A stretch of DNA of 64,000 nt. Source: a virus. The notes below the pieces were generated by a model. That model saw only the letters and a list, made by a program, of their open reading frames with translations. It was not told the DNA's origin and did no database searches. The stretch lies in the IMG/VR virus record IMGVR_UViG_3300025030_000039, positions 316,878-380,877 of that record; one strand, written 5' to 3'. Shown one piece after another: positions 19,577 to 29,376 of the stretch (position 1 is its first letter; every line of letters starts with the position of its first letter). The translations under genes were made by a program, and so were the position numbers.

Positions 19577-20410
19577 TTAAAGGTTAATATCTGTTAATTT
19601 AGCAAATCTTATACCCATTTGTCTAGCTTGAGCATAAATTGGATCTGCAAGTGTTTCAAATCCTGGTACTGGAGACATTCCATCTTCAAGAATAATAAAC
19701 TTTGAAGCTAATTGAGGGAATTCCATTGCTTGTTTAAGAGTATTTGCTACACAATGACTAGAAGCTTCTCCTGCAAAATAAATTTCATTATATTTTTCTA
19801 ATGTGTTAATTAGATATTGATTAAGTTGAGTAGCAGGAGCATTTTGAACTGGAATATTTGCTCTAAATGCACCAAAATGTTCACTTAATGGGTGTTCACC
19901 TTTTTGAATAACTTGAAAAAATCTTCCTTGTCTTGCCCAATTTTTAACAGCTGTCATTAATTCATCTACTATAGCAGCTCCTGTTGATCCAACTATACAA
20001 TGTTCAGGCCAAATACAATGTGGAAATTCTTTTTGTCTTTCTAATTCTTCAACATATTTTAAAGATTCATGAGGCATATATCTTGGAGTCCATTCTCCAG
20101 AACGTATTTGTGAAGAACTAATACTTGTAAAATGACCTGGATTATTTCCATCTTTATCTTGCCAATATGATGGATGAGATATATCAATTACTTGATGTGT
20201 ATCTTGAGTTAATCCTATATAATTAATTTGTGATTTATTTCTATCAATAAAATCAACAATTCTTTTTACATCATTTTCGGCACCTTTAACATAAAGAGCA
20301 CCTTGTGGAAAAACAATATCATCTTTTGGATCATTTGTTACTTTAATTCTTCTTTCTGGTAAACAAAAATCATTTTGTATATCAATAAGTAATAATGCAG
20401 ATTTTTTCAT
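19577..20410 (-). CDS. pncA: isochorismatase-family hydrolase, nicotinamidase/pyrazinamidase-like
   Basis: LLLIDIQNDF N-terminal motif, catalytic Cys in HCIVGSTGAAIV, and a second SHCV. GC content is noticeably higher than its neighbours. Confidence 0.55.
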   Translation of the reverse strand: MKKSALLLIDIQNDFCLPERRIKVTNDPKDDIVFPQGALYVKGAENDVKRIVDFIDRNKSQINYIGLTQDTHQVIDISHPSYWQDKDGNNPGHFTSISSSQIRSGEWTPRYMPHESLKYVEELERQKEFPHCIWPEHCIVGSTGAAIVDELMTAVKNWARQGRFFQVIQKGEHPLSEHFGAFRANIPVQNAPATQLNQYLINTLEKYNEIYFAGEASSHCVANTLKQAMEFPQLASKFIILEDGMSPVPGFETLADPIYAQARQMGIRFAKLTDINL

Positions 20411-20445
20411 ATTTAAAAATATTTTAGTTAATATTAATTTTAATG

Positions 20446-20459
20446 TGTAAATATAATAA
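20446..20459 (-). promoter_or_regulatory. recurrent promoter-like motif (plus-strand TGTAAATATAATAA)
   Basis: Copy of the 14-mer about 36 nt upstream (gene sense) of the ATG at 20410. Confidence 0.45.
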
Positions 20460-20479
20460 AAAAGTTATTAATAAAAAAA

Positions 20480-20932
20480 TTATTCAATCCAATAATCATA
20501 TACTTCTTTAGTTACTCTTGCATAAAAACTGGGACGATACCATGTATCATTATTTTTATGCCAAGATGCTATAGTTTCTCCAGCATGTAATGGATCAAAT
20601 ATAATTCCATTTTGTTTATAAATAGTTTGCATAATATTTCCATCTGCATCTAAATATGAAACATACCAATAACTATATTCAGATTTATTATTTTCAAAAT
20701 TATCATTTTGAGTTTTAAGTATAATTAATTCTTCTTTTAATAATTTTAATTCATTTATAACAGATTCTAATTGTTCATATGATACAGCAGATTTATTAGT
20801 GTTATTTTCATCTGCCCAATTACACTCATCTTTTGTAATATTTTGAAATTTTTCATTTTTAACTTTATCATTACAACTTATTAAAAATAAAAAAGGACTT
20901 ATTATAAGTCCTTTTATAAAATACTTTATCAT
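20480..20932 (-). CDS. lipoprotein
   Basis: Signal peptide with lipobox LISC. Confidence 0.45.
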   Translation of the reverse strand: MIKYFIKGLIISPFLFLISCNDKVKNEKFQNITKDECNWADENNTNKSAVSYEQLESVINELKLLKEELIILKTQNDNFENNKSEYSYWYVSYLDADGNIMQTIYKQNGIIFDPLHAGETIASWHKNNDTWYRPSFYARVTKEVYDYWIE

Positions 20933-21384
20933 TTTAATTTATTTATTAAACTTTTAGATTGATTATCGATGTATTTAGTTTTTTGTTTCCAAATATCTAT
21001 ATTTTCATTTAATTTATTTCTTTCTTCTTCGGTAAAATTAATTTGATTATAATCTTTACTTGCTTTAATATAATATTGTACAGGACCATCTTTTATCCAA
21101 ATTTGAACTCCATTTTTATTTATAAAATCATATTGTGTCATTTTCCAATCATCTGTATGTGTTAAAATATCTATACACAAAATATCAATAACTTTTTCAG
21201 GATCAAAATTATTAGTTTTTTCTTTATTAAAAATAAGTCCATCTTTATAATTATCTTGTGTAATATATTCGCCAGGTTTATTATAATCATCTGTTGGTCT
21301 TATATAAAAATCACCTTTCGATGATTCATATCCACATGAAAATAATGTAAATATTATAAATGTAAATAAAATTAGTTTTTTCAT
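20929..21384 (-). CDS. lipoprotein
   Basis: Signal peptide with lipobox LFSCG. Confidence 0.45.
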   Translation of the reverse strand: MKKLILFTFIIFTLFSCGYESSKGDFYIRPTDDYNKPGEYITQDNYKDGLIFNKEKTNNFDPEKVIDILCIDILTHTDDWKMTQYDFINKNGVQIWIKDGPVQYYIKASKDYNQINFTEEERNKLNENIDIWKQKTKYIDNQSKSLINKLK

Positions 21385-21394
21385 ATTTTAAATT

Positions 21395-22234
21395 TTAATT
21401 GTTTGTAAAATCTGTTATTTTTATAGAATTAACTTTAAATCTATATTTTAATTTTCTTAATATATTATTCAAAGTTATTCTAATAGTTTCGCCTGAAACA
21501 TCCAATAATTTTCCTATTTCCCAATATGTTTTGCCTTCTTTACCATTTAATCCATAATAATTAATTATTATAATTTTTTCACGTTCTGATAAAGCATTAA
21601 TAACATTTAATAATAATAATTTGTTATCATTTAATATTAAATTATTATCTACTGGAATATAATTAGTATCAATCAAAGTATCTAATACACATAAATTATC
21701 ACTTGATGTTTCGTCATATAAATATGATGTATGCATAAAATTATATTGATAAAATTTAATATAATCATTTCTATCAATATTTAATAAATCTTCATCAGTT
21801 TTAATAGTTTCTTCAAGTTTTCTAATTTTTAAATAGATACTTGAAGGTATTCTAATATGATTAGAATGATTATGTAATGCGACGTGAATAGTATTTTTAA
21901 TCCACCATACTGCATATGAAATAAATTTAAATCCTCTTGTTGGATCAAACTTTTTAGCAGCAATTATAAGTCCTAAATTACCTTCATTTATTAAATCTTC
22001 TAATGGCATTAAACCTTGATACATTTTTGCTACACTTATAACAAACCTTAAATTATTTAATATTAATTGATCTATAGCATTTTGATCATTTTCCTTTTGA
22101 TATTTTATAACTAAATCAGTTTCATCTTCTATAGATAATGATTTAAATTTTTTAATGTCATTAAAATATCTATTAATATTATCGTTTCTGTCTGTTATAA
22201 CTGATTCTTTGCTTACCTTAAAAACTTTCATCAA
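21395..22234 (-). CDS. RNA polymerase sigma factor (sigma-70 family)
   Basis: Region 2 DLINEGNLGLIIAAKKFDPTRGFKFISYAVWWIKN and a region 4 HTH near the C-terminus (TYWEIGKLLDVSGETIRI). Confidence 0.6.
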   Translation of the reverse strand: MMKVFKVSKESVITDRNDNINRYFNDIKKFKSLSIEDETDLVIKYQKENDQNAIDQLILNNLRFVISVAKMYQGLMPLEDLINEGNLGLIIAAKKFDPTRGFKFISYAVWWIKNTIHVALHNHSNHIRIPSSIYLKIRKLEETIKTDEDLLNIDRNDYIKFYQYNFMHTSYLYDETSSDNLCVLDTLIDTNYIPVDNNLILNDNKLLLLNVINALSEREKIIIINYYGLNGKEGKTYWEIGKLLDVSGETIRITLNNILRKLKYRFKVNSIKITDFTNN

Positions 22235-22557
22235 ATTAAAATTTTACATAATGGAACTTCAACAAATCCTATTTTAACATACTTTATAGGTTTACTTATT
22301 ACATTAGCTTCTAATAAAGCTTCAAGCATGCCTTCATTTTCAGAATAATTTTTTATGAATATTTCATCATCAGCAATATCCTCGTTAGGTAAATTTATAG
22401 TTACAGTTGCTATACATTCTGTACCTAGTTGCATACTATAATTAGGTTCTTTTAATGATTTAGCATTCATTAATTGTAATGCTAATCTTCCATTACTATA
22501 TGATTTTTTAACGATATGACATTCATATTCATTAAAAGTTATAATATCATTTAACAT
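22231..22557 (-). CDS. hypothetical protein
   Basis: ORF only. Confidence 0.35.
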   Translation of the reverse strand: MLNDIITFNEYECHIVKKSYSNGRLALQLMNAKSLKEPNYSMQLGTECIATVTINLPNEDIADDEIFIKNYSENEGMLEALLEANVISKPIKYVKIGFVEVPLCKILI

Positions 22558-22561
22558 TATT

Positions 22562-23662
22562 CTATTTTGTTAAAACATTAATTAAATTTTCTATTTTATT
22601 ATGATACAATTTGTTGTAAAATAAATTACTATCAACAATATTTTTATCAACAATAATAAAAAAAGAATTATTAAATATTACAATTAATTTATAATCTAAA
22701 TTATTTAAAACGGCTTTAAATTTTAAAATATTTTTATTTCTTAATTCTTCATTTTCTGCACCATAAGACCAAGATGATTTTATCTCTATTATATATTTAT
22801 TAACTTTATAATCAGATCTATATTGTTTATTAATATTATAATTAAATCTTGGTCCTCTTTCAACAATGCTAATTAAATTATTATTATACATTAAATCTAA
22901 AAAATATTTTTCATAACTACCTTGATAATATAATAAATCATTAAAATATTTAATAGATGAATTTTTACCAGCTCCATTTTTAAATCCCCGTTCCCATGAA
23001 TCTAATCCATCTAATCCAATTGTACTTTTCGTTTTAATCATTTTTTTTATTCTTAATGATTGAATACTTTCATTATTTATAAATCTATTTTTCATTGTAT
23101 TATTGGATTTTCTAGCATATATAGTAGAAAGTTTTTCATTATTAATAAATGTTGTCATTTTAGTTTTAGCCGATTTTTCAGCTATAATATTATTTAAAGT
23201 TTTACCGTTTTCTAAAATTTTATTTCTTTTAATTTGATTAAAATTATATATATTTACTGCTAAAGATTTACCATTTTCTTGAATAGTATTCATTGCAATA
23301 CTTATTCCTTTTCCAGATAATTGATTAGGAGTTAATCCATCTTTTATTATAAAAGTAGATTTATATTTTTTAATACAGTTTTTTGATCCACAATGTTTTT
23401 TATATCCCCCCTCGAAATTTACATATTTACAGTATTCATTACAATATAGACATAATTTATGTTCTTTAATATTGTTAATTATACAATATATTCTTTCAGA
23501 TAAAGTACAATCTAAAAATAAAAAATTTGTACATATTAAAATATTTTTATATTCAAGTAAATATTTATTATTTATAAACCATGATTTTTTAAGTCTTGAT
23601 CCATTTAAACCTATTTTATTCTTATATAAAATAAAAAGATTATCTTTAATAAATTGTTTCAT
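22562..23662 (-). CDS. homing-endonuclease-like protein (zinc finger, NUMOD-like ENGK repeats, C-terminal PD-(D/E)xK-like domain)
   Basis: ENGKSL/ENGKTL repeats. The C-terminal YKVNKYIIEIKSSWSYG block is paralogous to 32302..33000 and 62131..62949. Confidence 0.45.
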   Translation of the reverse strand: MKQFIKDNLFILYKNKIGLNGSRLKKSWFINNKYLLEYKNILICTNFLFLDCTLSERIYCIINNIKEHKLCLYCNEYCKYVNFEGGYKKHCGSKNCIKKYKSTFIIKDGLTPNQLSGKGISIAMNTIQENGKSLAVNIYNFNQIKRNKILENGKTLNNIIAEKSAKTKMTTFINNEKLSTIYARKSNNTMKNRFINNESIQSLRIKKMIKTKSTIGLDGLDSWERGFKNGAGKNSSIKYFNDLLYYQGSYEKYFLDLMYNNNLISIVERGPRFNYNINKQYRSDYKVNKYIIEIKSSWSYGAENEELRNKNILKFKAVLNNLDYKLIVIFNNSFFIIVDKNIVDSNLFYNKLYHNKIENLINVLTK

Positions 23663-23704
23663 ATTGGAGATGTTTTAATATATATTAAAACATCTCCATG
23701 TAAT

Positions 23705-24565
23705 TTACAAATTCCTAAATAATACTGGACGTTCTATAATTATAGGTATATGCCGTTTAAATTCAGATTTAATATGTCTATTAATAACTAAATGATCTTT
23801 ATAAATAGATTTTTCTTTATTTACAATATAATCGTAAAGTATTTTATCAGCTTCTTGATAACTAGATGCACCTATTTGTTCTAAATCACTGTTACTAATT
23901 CCTAGCCCATCAGTTGGAACAGCATTAATACATTCTTGAAGAGCTAATTTAACTTTACCTTCTAATTCATTATCAACTATATATTGTGATAATTTATAAA
24001 CTTCAGTTTTCCAAAGCATTTGTATTTGTGCATAATCTCCTTGGTCGCCACAGATCGTCCAAAACCCTAATAAATATTCAGTGTAATTATCAGTTGACAT
24101 TACCATACCTTTATTCTTAGATGCTAAATTATAAAGATAAATCATTCTTAATCTAGCTTTAATATTTCCTAATCTTATTTTTTTACCATTTAATGTATTA
24201 TCAACAATTGGATCAACAATGTCATCAAAGTATTCTATATCATCATAATCTTCAGATAAATCTAAATGGTTAAAATCAGTACAGAAATTTTTACCAATAT
24301 TCATAGATCTATTTATTTCATCTACTTTATTAGTTTTAATTGTTAAACTTCGTCCTATAATAGGAATATTTAATTCATCACATATAGGTTTAGATATTGC
24401 TGCAATTAATGCACTATCAATTCCACCTGAAATTCCTAATACAATTGATTTTAAATTATTGTTTAATAAATATTGTTTTAATTCATTTCTTAAATTTGTA
24501 ATTACTAAATTGCATTCCTCTTTAGTATTAAGTAATGATACTGGATCGTTAGAAATATATTTCAT
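23705..24565 (-). CDS. nadE: NH3-dependent NAD+ synthetase
   Basis: PP-loop IVLGISGGIDSAL (SGGxDS) and NadE-like length. Confidence 0.6.
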   Translation of the reverse strand: MKYISNDPVSLLNTKEECNLVITNLRNELKQYLLNNNLKSIVLGISGGIDSALIAAISKPICDELNIPIIGRSLTIKTNKVDEINRSMNIGKNFCTDFNHLDLSEDYDDIEYFDDIVDPIVDNTLNGKKIRLGNIKARLRMIYLYNLASKNKGMVMSTDNYTEYLLGFWTICGDQGDYAQIQMLWKTEVYKLSQYIVDNELEGKVKLALQECINAVPTDGLGISNSDLEQIGASSYQEADKILYDYIVNKEKSIYKDHLVINRHIKSEFKRHIPIIIERPVLFRNL

Positions 24566-24583
24566 ATAATAAAGTATTAATTA

Positions 24584-24597
24584 TGTAAATATAATAA
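24584..24597 (-). promoter_or_regulatory. recurrent promoter-like motif
   Basis: TGTAAATATAATAA about 20 nt upstream (gene sense) of the nadE ATG. Confidence 0.45.
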
Positions 24598-24622
24598 TAA
24601 AGTTTGATAAATAAAAAAAATG

Positions 24623-24693
24623 TAGCCCTAATAGGAATCGAACCCATATCTTATCGTCCGTGGCGATATGTTCTATCTTTGAACTATAGAGCC
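24623..24693 (-). tRNA. tRNA-Arg (anticodon ACG)
   Basis: GGCTCTA TA GTTCAAAGATAGAAC A TATCG CCACGGA CGATA AGAT ATGGG TTCGATT CCTAT TAGGGCT A. Position 33 is C rather than U. Confidence 0.6.
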
Positions 24694-24707
24694 ATAAAAA
24701 GCAAGAA

Positions 24708-25055
24708 TTAATTCTTGCTTTTATTATATTTTTCTTTTCTTTTAGCTAAAATTTTTTCCCTATTTTTTATATAATAATTTGCATTATATTCTTTTAATAA
24801 TATTTTAAGTTTCTTTTCTTTTTTATTAAAAATTATTTTTAAATCTTTTGGATTAAAAATATATGCAAATCCTTCTAACATAATACCTTTTTTTCCTTTT
24901 GTTGTAGACCAATTAGCATCTACTATTTTTTCAACTTTACGAGTAATTCCTATTAATGATATATCATCATGACCTAATGTTTTAATTGTTGATTTTATTA
25001 CTACACTTTTTCCTTTTTTAAATTTTTTCATTTTTATTTTATTAAAAATTAACAT
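24708..25055 (-). CDS. hypothetical basic protein
   Basis: ORF only. Confidence 0.35.
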   Translation of the reverse strand: MLIFNKIKMKKFKKGKSVVIKSTIKTLGHDDISLIGITRKVEKIVDANWSTTKGKKGIMLEGFAYIFNPKDLKIIFNKKEKKLKILLKEYNANYYIKNREKILAKRKEKYNKSKN

Positions 25056-25504
25056 TAAAATATTTCAAATTTTATTCCAGATATTTTTAAAAGTTCATCT
25101 GTTTCTTTTGTATATCCTGATTTATCATACGGACGTTCATATATAACTCTAGTAATACCAGCAGCTATTAAATGTTTTAAACAATTATGACAAGGTTGAT
25201 GAGTACAATATAAAGTAGTATTTGATGTTTCTTTTCCTTCTTTAGAAGCAAATAAAATACTATTCATTTCAGCATGAACCTCAAATAAATTGGACCATTC
25301 ATGATGATCTTCTCTGTTAAATTCACCTATAAACTTTTCATTACAATTAATAAATCCAGGAGGTGAACCATTATATCCAGTTGATATTATTCTATTACTT
25401 TTAACTAAAACTGCACCTACATGATAACTTACACAATTAGACTGTTCTGATATTCTTTGAGCTATATCTAAGAACATCTTATCTATTTTTTTATGTTTAT
25501 CCAT
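25055..25504 (-). CDS. dCMP/cytidine deaminase
   Basis: HAEMNSI...C..PCHNC zinc-binding deaminase signature. Confidence 0.65.
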   Translation of the reverse strand: MDKHKKIDKMFLDIAQRISEQSNCVSYHVGAVLVKSNRIISTGYNGSPPGFINCNEKFIGEFNREDHHEWSNLFEVHAEMNSILFASKEGKETSNTTLYCTHQPCHNCLKHLIAAGITRVIYERPYDKSGYTKETDELLKISGIKFEIF

Positions 25505-25509
25505 TTAAA

Positions 25510-25863
25510 TTATATAAAAAAATTAATTAAACTTTTTAAATTATTTATGTTGTCATTTTTATTAAAAAATGCGTCAAATGGATCATAATTTAAATGCTTG
25601 TATTTTTTACTTATTTTACTTGTTGTACTTGAACCTATTATAGATGTCGCAGGTCGATGTGTTTTAATTATTGTTGCTGCATCATATCCACTCATATTTG
25701 TAGTTTGAATATTCATTAAAATTACATCATATTTATTTTCAGCTGCTTTCATTATAGCTTCAGAATTACTTTCAACATAATCTATAGAATATTTTTTATC
25801 TTTTAAAATTAATTCTATTAAAGTAGAAAAATTTTTATCTTCATCAGATACCAGTATATTCAT
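25510..25863 (-). CDS. stand-alone receiver (REC)-like domain protein, probable pseudo-receiver
   Basis: ILVSDED acidic pocket, but the phospho-acceptor position reads DVILMNIQ (Asn where Asp is expected). Confidence 0.35.
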   Translation of the reverse strand: MNILVSDEDKNFSTLIELILKDKKYSIDYVESNSEAIMKAAENKYDVILMNIQTTNMSGYDAATIIKTHRPATSIIGSSTTSKISKKYKHLNYDPFDAFFNKNDNINNLKSLINFFI

Positions 25864-25921
25864 GTCAATAATTTTTTATTTAATTATATATCATGCAATT
25901 AAATATACTAATATATCTTAA

Positions 25922-26335
25922 CTAATGTTTAACATAATATTTTCCATTTTCACAATTTATACATAAATCAGGTTGTAATTTAAAACCAATATTTAAATGT
26001 ATTTTTATTGATGGAATGTTATCATTATCAATATAAACCAAACCTTTTTTATCTTTATAAAATTCTTTAACAGCTAAACCTCCATATCCTTTATTTTGAT
26101 ATTCTTTTGAAATTTTTAATGGAACTAATTTCCAATAATCAGAATATCCAGTTATACAACATAACTGTGGATTTAAAAATCCTATAATAATATCATCTAA
26201 AAAAATTATTTTAAGAGATCTTTTTAAATTAATATCAAGTTTCCAATGATTTAAAAATATTGTATGTTCTTTTAATATTAAAGTAACTTTTTTTCGTTGA
26301 TCTATATTTAAATCATAATAAGGTTTTAAAATCAT
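25922..26335 (-). CDS. GNAT-family acetyltransferase-like protein
   Basis: QNKGYGGLAV resembles the CoA-binding motif A; weak. Confidence 0.3.
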   Translation of the reverse strand: MILKPYYDLNIDQRKKVTLILKEHTIFLNHWKLDINLKRSLKIIFLDDIIIGFLNPQLCCITGYSDYWKLVPLKISKEYQNKGYGGLAVKEFYKDKKGLVYIDNDNIPSIKIHLNIGFKLQPDLCINCENGKYYVKH

Positions 26336-26754
26336 AAATCTAAATCTAAATCGGAATTAATAAAATTATTAAAGTCTAAATTATCTTCAATATCTATAAA
26401 TAAACTTAATAATTTAAATATTATAAATATAGAAAAATAAGCTATTATTGGTAATACTAAAAAAATAAATGTTCCAAAAATCCAAACTATAAATGAAATT
26501 ATTCCCCAATAAATTACAGTGGATCCTTCTAGCATATTTTTAGACGGATTTTGTCTATTTTCTATCGAACAATATTTTCCATAAATTAAATCAAATTTAG
26601 CATGAATTTCTTCACCTTTATAATTAAAGGGTAAATTAACGTTATAATTAGTCGGTAAACCAAAATATTTTCTTCTTAAATACATTAATACTTGGGTTAA
26701 TGCTCCTAACATAAAATAAAAAAATACACAAAATAAAATATAGATAATTATCAT
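26332..26754 (-). CDS. membrane protein
   Basis: Multiple hydrophobic helices. Confidence 0.35.
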   Translation of the reverse strand: MIIIYILFCVFFYFMLGALTQVLMYLRRKYFGLPTNYNVNLPFNYKGEEIHAKFDLIYGKYCSIENRQNPSKNMLEGSTVIYWGIISFIVWIFGTFIFLVLPIIAYFSIFIIFKLLSLFIDIEDNLDFNNFINSDLDLDL

Positions 26755-27077
26755 AATTTAAAATATTTAATTAAAAATTCGTTTATATCAATTATAGGTT
26801 CATTTTTCTCTATTTTTAATTTAGCAGAATCATAGAAATTTTTATATGCATAGTCTGATAACATACAGTTATCATCAAATAATATTATAGCTAAGCTTAT
26901 CATTAATATTAATAATATTAATGAAATATTACTTATTATAAATGGTAAAAAAAGATGAGATGCTCCACAAGCAAAAAGAATTAAAAATACTACAATTAAC
27001 ATTGATTCGCATATTAATAATGCACCAACTATATTTTTGTATATTTGTCCTTCTATTCTAGATAAAAAATGTTTCAT
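26751..27077 (-). CDS. membrane protein
   Basis: Multiple hydrophobic helices. Confidence 0.35.
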   Translation of the reverse strand: MKHFLSRIEGQIYKNIVGALLICESMLIVVFLILFACGASHLFLPFIISNISLILLILMISLAIILFDDNCMLSDYAYKNFYDSAKLKIEKNEPIIDINEFLIKYFKL

Positions 27078-27093
27078 ATATTTAAATTTAATT

Positions 27094-27107
27094 TGTAAAT
27101 ATAATAA
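27094..27107 (-). promoter_or_regulatory. recurrent promoter-like motif
   Basis: TGTAAATATAATAA directly upstream (gene sense) of the ATG at 27077. A second copy GATAAATATAATAA lies at 27158-27171 in the same plus orientation, ahead of the divergent plus-strand gene. Confidence 0.45.
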
Positions 27108-27186
27108 TTAAGTTAATTAAAAAAAACATTAAATGCATATTTAGACCAAAAAATTGTGATAAATATAATAAAATAAAATTATTTAT

Positions 27187-27525
27187 ATGGAACATTTAAT
27201 TAGATATGAAGATTTCATGGTTGAAAAAATTATGAATGAAGAAGAATTAGTAAAAGCTGATCAATCTCAAATTATGAAAAAGATTGCTAGAAGTTTTGAT
27301 AATGATGATTTAAAATTATATTTACAAGGTATGATGTTAGATCTAGATATTACAACTAGAAAAAAATATAAAAAACTTTTAGATGACGGTAAATATAGAG
27401 AATTAATTACTTTTTTAATTAAAGGAACTTCTGATCCATTAACAAGTAATAAACTATTAGCAATTAAAAAGGAATTTCTTACAAGTAAAGGTGAAAGTAC
27501 AACTACTGAAGAACCTGAATTGTAA
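27187..27525 (+). CDS. hypothetical acidic protein (only plus-strand gene in the window)
   Basis: ORF with a motif copy upstream and a clean plus-strand terminator downstream. Confidence 0.4.
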   Translation: MEHLIRYEDFMVEKIMNEEELVKADQSQIMKKIARSFDNDDLKLYLQGMMLDLDITTRKKYKKLLDDGKYRELITFLIKGTSDPLTSNKLLAIKKEFLTSKGESTTTEEPEL

Positions 27526-27647
27526 GATAATTGAGCTTAATTGGACTTCTGCTTTATGATGTCATTTATCTAAGCCTCAACCTTATCCTATCAAGAGAAA
27601 CGACTAGATTATTACGAGTTACACATTGTATACAGTATTAACGACAA

Positions 27648-27677
27648 AAGCTTAATTTAACATTAAGCTTTTTTTAT
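27648..27677 (+). terminator. rho-independent terminator (plus strand)
   Basis: AAGCTTAAT TTAAC ATTAAGCTT followed by TTTTTTA. Confidence 0.55.
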
Positions 27678-27747
27678 CTCCTGTTTTCTCTTTATGTGGT
27701 ACCAATTTTCTCTATATAAAAATATAGCGACATCTTCTCTGATTATC

Positions 27748-28308
27748 TTACATTAATTGGGTAATATATTTAGATGGAACATTATCAGTTAAATAAACAT
27801 CATTTAAAGTTTTATAAAAAACAATATTATCTTTAACCATTGATTTACAATCAATTAATAAAATTACTCCACCATTTTTTTTATCATGTCTAGCTCCGGT
27901 TTCTAAAGCCTTTTGTATGTGTTCTTCTCCATATAAATGAACATGATGTCTTGTCATTTTATTAAGACCTTCTTTTTTAATTTGTGATAATAAACGAAAT
28001 CCTGTTCCATGATACAATTTTGTAGGAGGTATAACCTTTTCAAAATCATTTTTAATATTAATAGAATGACCTTGATTAGCTTTAATCATAGTTTTATTTT
28101 CATTAAAACGAAATCTTTGTTTAGGACATGTTTCTACTATATTAATAATATCATCTACGGTAAAATCTTCTCGCTCACTTGCCTTAGATATAATTTCATC
28201 AACGTTAGCCCATCCATATTCATCTAATTTAAGATCAATAGTTTCAGGTCTATGCCTTAAAACATAAGTTAAAAATTTACTTATTTTATTTTTTTTGTTT
28301 GAATCCAT
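27748..28308 (-). CDS. kptA: RNA 2'-phosphotransferase (Tpt1/KptA family)
   Basis: ISKFLTYVLRHRPE...LDEYGWA, KQRF, IKANQGHSI, KLYHGT, MTRHHVHL: the conserved Tpt1 blocks in order. Confidence 0.65.
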   Translation of the reverse strand: MDSNKKNKISKFLTYVLRHRPETIDLKLDEYGWANVDEIISKASEREDFTVDDIINIVETCPKQRFRFNENKTMIKANQGHSINIKNDFEKVIPPTKLYHGTGFRLLSQIKKEGLNKMTRHHVHLYGEEHIQKALETGARHDKKNGGVILLIDCKSMVKDNIVFYKTLNDVYLTDNVPSKYITQLM

Positions 28309-28550
28309 TATTCCTTTAGTTCTACATAATCTTCAATCGTAACGAATGACCAACTATCTTTACCCCATAAATGAAACTTTTCTAAAGTTTCTAATATACC
28401 TTCAGCTTTTTCTATTGACGTAAATATTCTAGCAGAAGTCATATTTAATTTGTTATTTATTCCATATCTAGTAACAGTATCACTTATTGAAACATGTCTA
28501 AATAATTGTCTATCTGTATCATAACCGATTATAATAAATTTTTTTTCCAT
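28308..28550 (-). CDS. hypothetical protein
   Basis: ORF only. Confidence 0.35.
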   Translation of the reverse strand: MEKKFIIIGYDTDRQLFRHVSISDTVTRYGINNKLNMTSARIFTSIEKAEGILETLEKFHLWGKDSWSFVTIEDYVELKE

Positions 28551-28593
28551 ATAATGAAATATTTTTTATTATATATCGATACACTAAATAGTT

Positions 28594-28791
28594 TCATTTA
28601 TGTAACACAAATACTATATTACCTTTTAGCTCAATCTTTGAATCTTTACTTGCATATGTTGTTGAAACATTAGTAGATCCTGATACATGTTGTGCAATAC
28701 AATGTTTAACATTATATCCTGATTCTAATAATTTATTTAAATCCATAACATCTGTATTTGATTCTGGATTTAAAATATATACTTTTTCCAT
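28594..28791 (-). CDS. hypothetical protein
   Basis: ORF only. Confidence 0.3.
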   Translation of the reverse strand: MEKVYILNPESNTDVMDLNKLLESGYNVKHCIAQHVSGSTNVSTTYASKDSKIELKGNIVFVLHK

Positions 28792-28805
28792 ATTTAAAAT
28801 TTTAG

Positions 28806-28879
28806 TGGACCCTATAGGACTTGAACCTATAACCTCATCGTTATGAGCGATTTGCGCTCACCAATTGCGCCAAAGGTCC
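28806..28879 (-). tRNA. tRNA-Met or tRNA-Ile2 (anticodon CAU)
   Basis: GGACCTT TG GCGCAATTGGTGAGCGC A AATCG CTCATAA CGATG AGGTT ATAGG TTCAAGT CCTAT AGGGTCC A. Confidence 0.75.
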
Positions 28880-28886
28880 GTTTTTA

Positions 28887-29327
28887 TTATTTGTAAAGTT
28901 TTAATTTTCCTGTTATATTATTAATTTCTTCTTCATCAGCTGGTCCTATTGCTACACATGTTTTAGTAGGAACTCCATTAAATATAGTATCACCAGCATC
29001 TGTAATAAGTACTGTAGGAAGTTTAGCATCTTTAGCTTTATAATAAATTAATTCTAATTCTTCTTCAGAATTACATTCTAAAACAATTTTAGTAAATTTT
29101 TCTTCCAACCATTTATCTAATGAAGAATTAATTGCATATGGAATAGTTATAATTTTTTCATTATAAATAAAAGTTGAACCATCCTTAACTTCTTTTCTAA
29201 TTCTAATATCTTTTTCACTTAAAGATAATACAGCACCTAAAGAAGCATGAGATACTTGAGCAGCTAATTTACCAGCCGGCATATTTAAATCTTTTCTTGC
29301 TACTATTACTTGTTTTGCTTTTGACAT
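28887..29327 (-). CDS. pth2: peptidyl-tRNA hydrolase, PTH2 family
   Basis: VIVARKDLNMPAGKLAAQVSHAS N-terminal signature and a C-terminal TCVAIGP block. Confidence 0.65.
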   Translation of the reverse strand: MSKAKQVIVARKDLNMPAGKLAAQVSHASLGAVLSLSEKDIRIRKEVKDGSTFIYNEKIITIPYAINSSLDKWLEEKFTKIVLECNSEEELELIYYKAKDAKLPTVLITDAGDTIFNGVPTKTCVAIGPADEEEINNITGKLKLYK

Positions 29328-29376
29328 TTTTATTTACTTTATTTGTGAACCAGAGAGGATTCCCTATCTTTATTAG

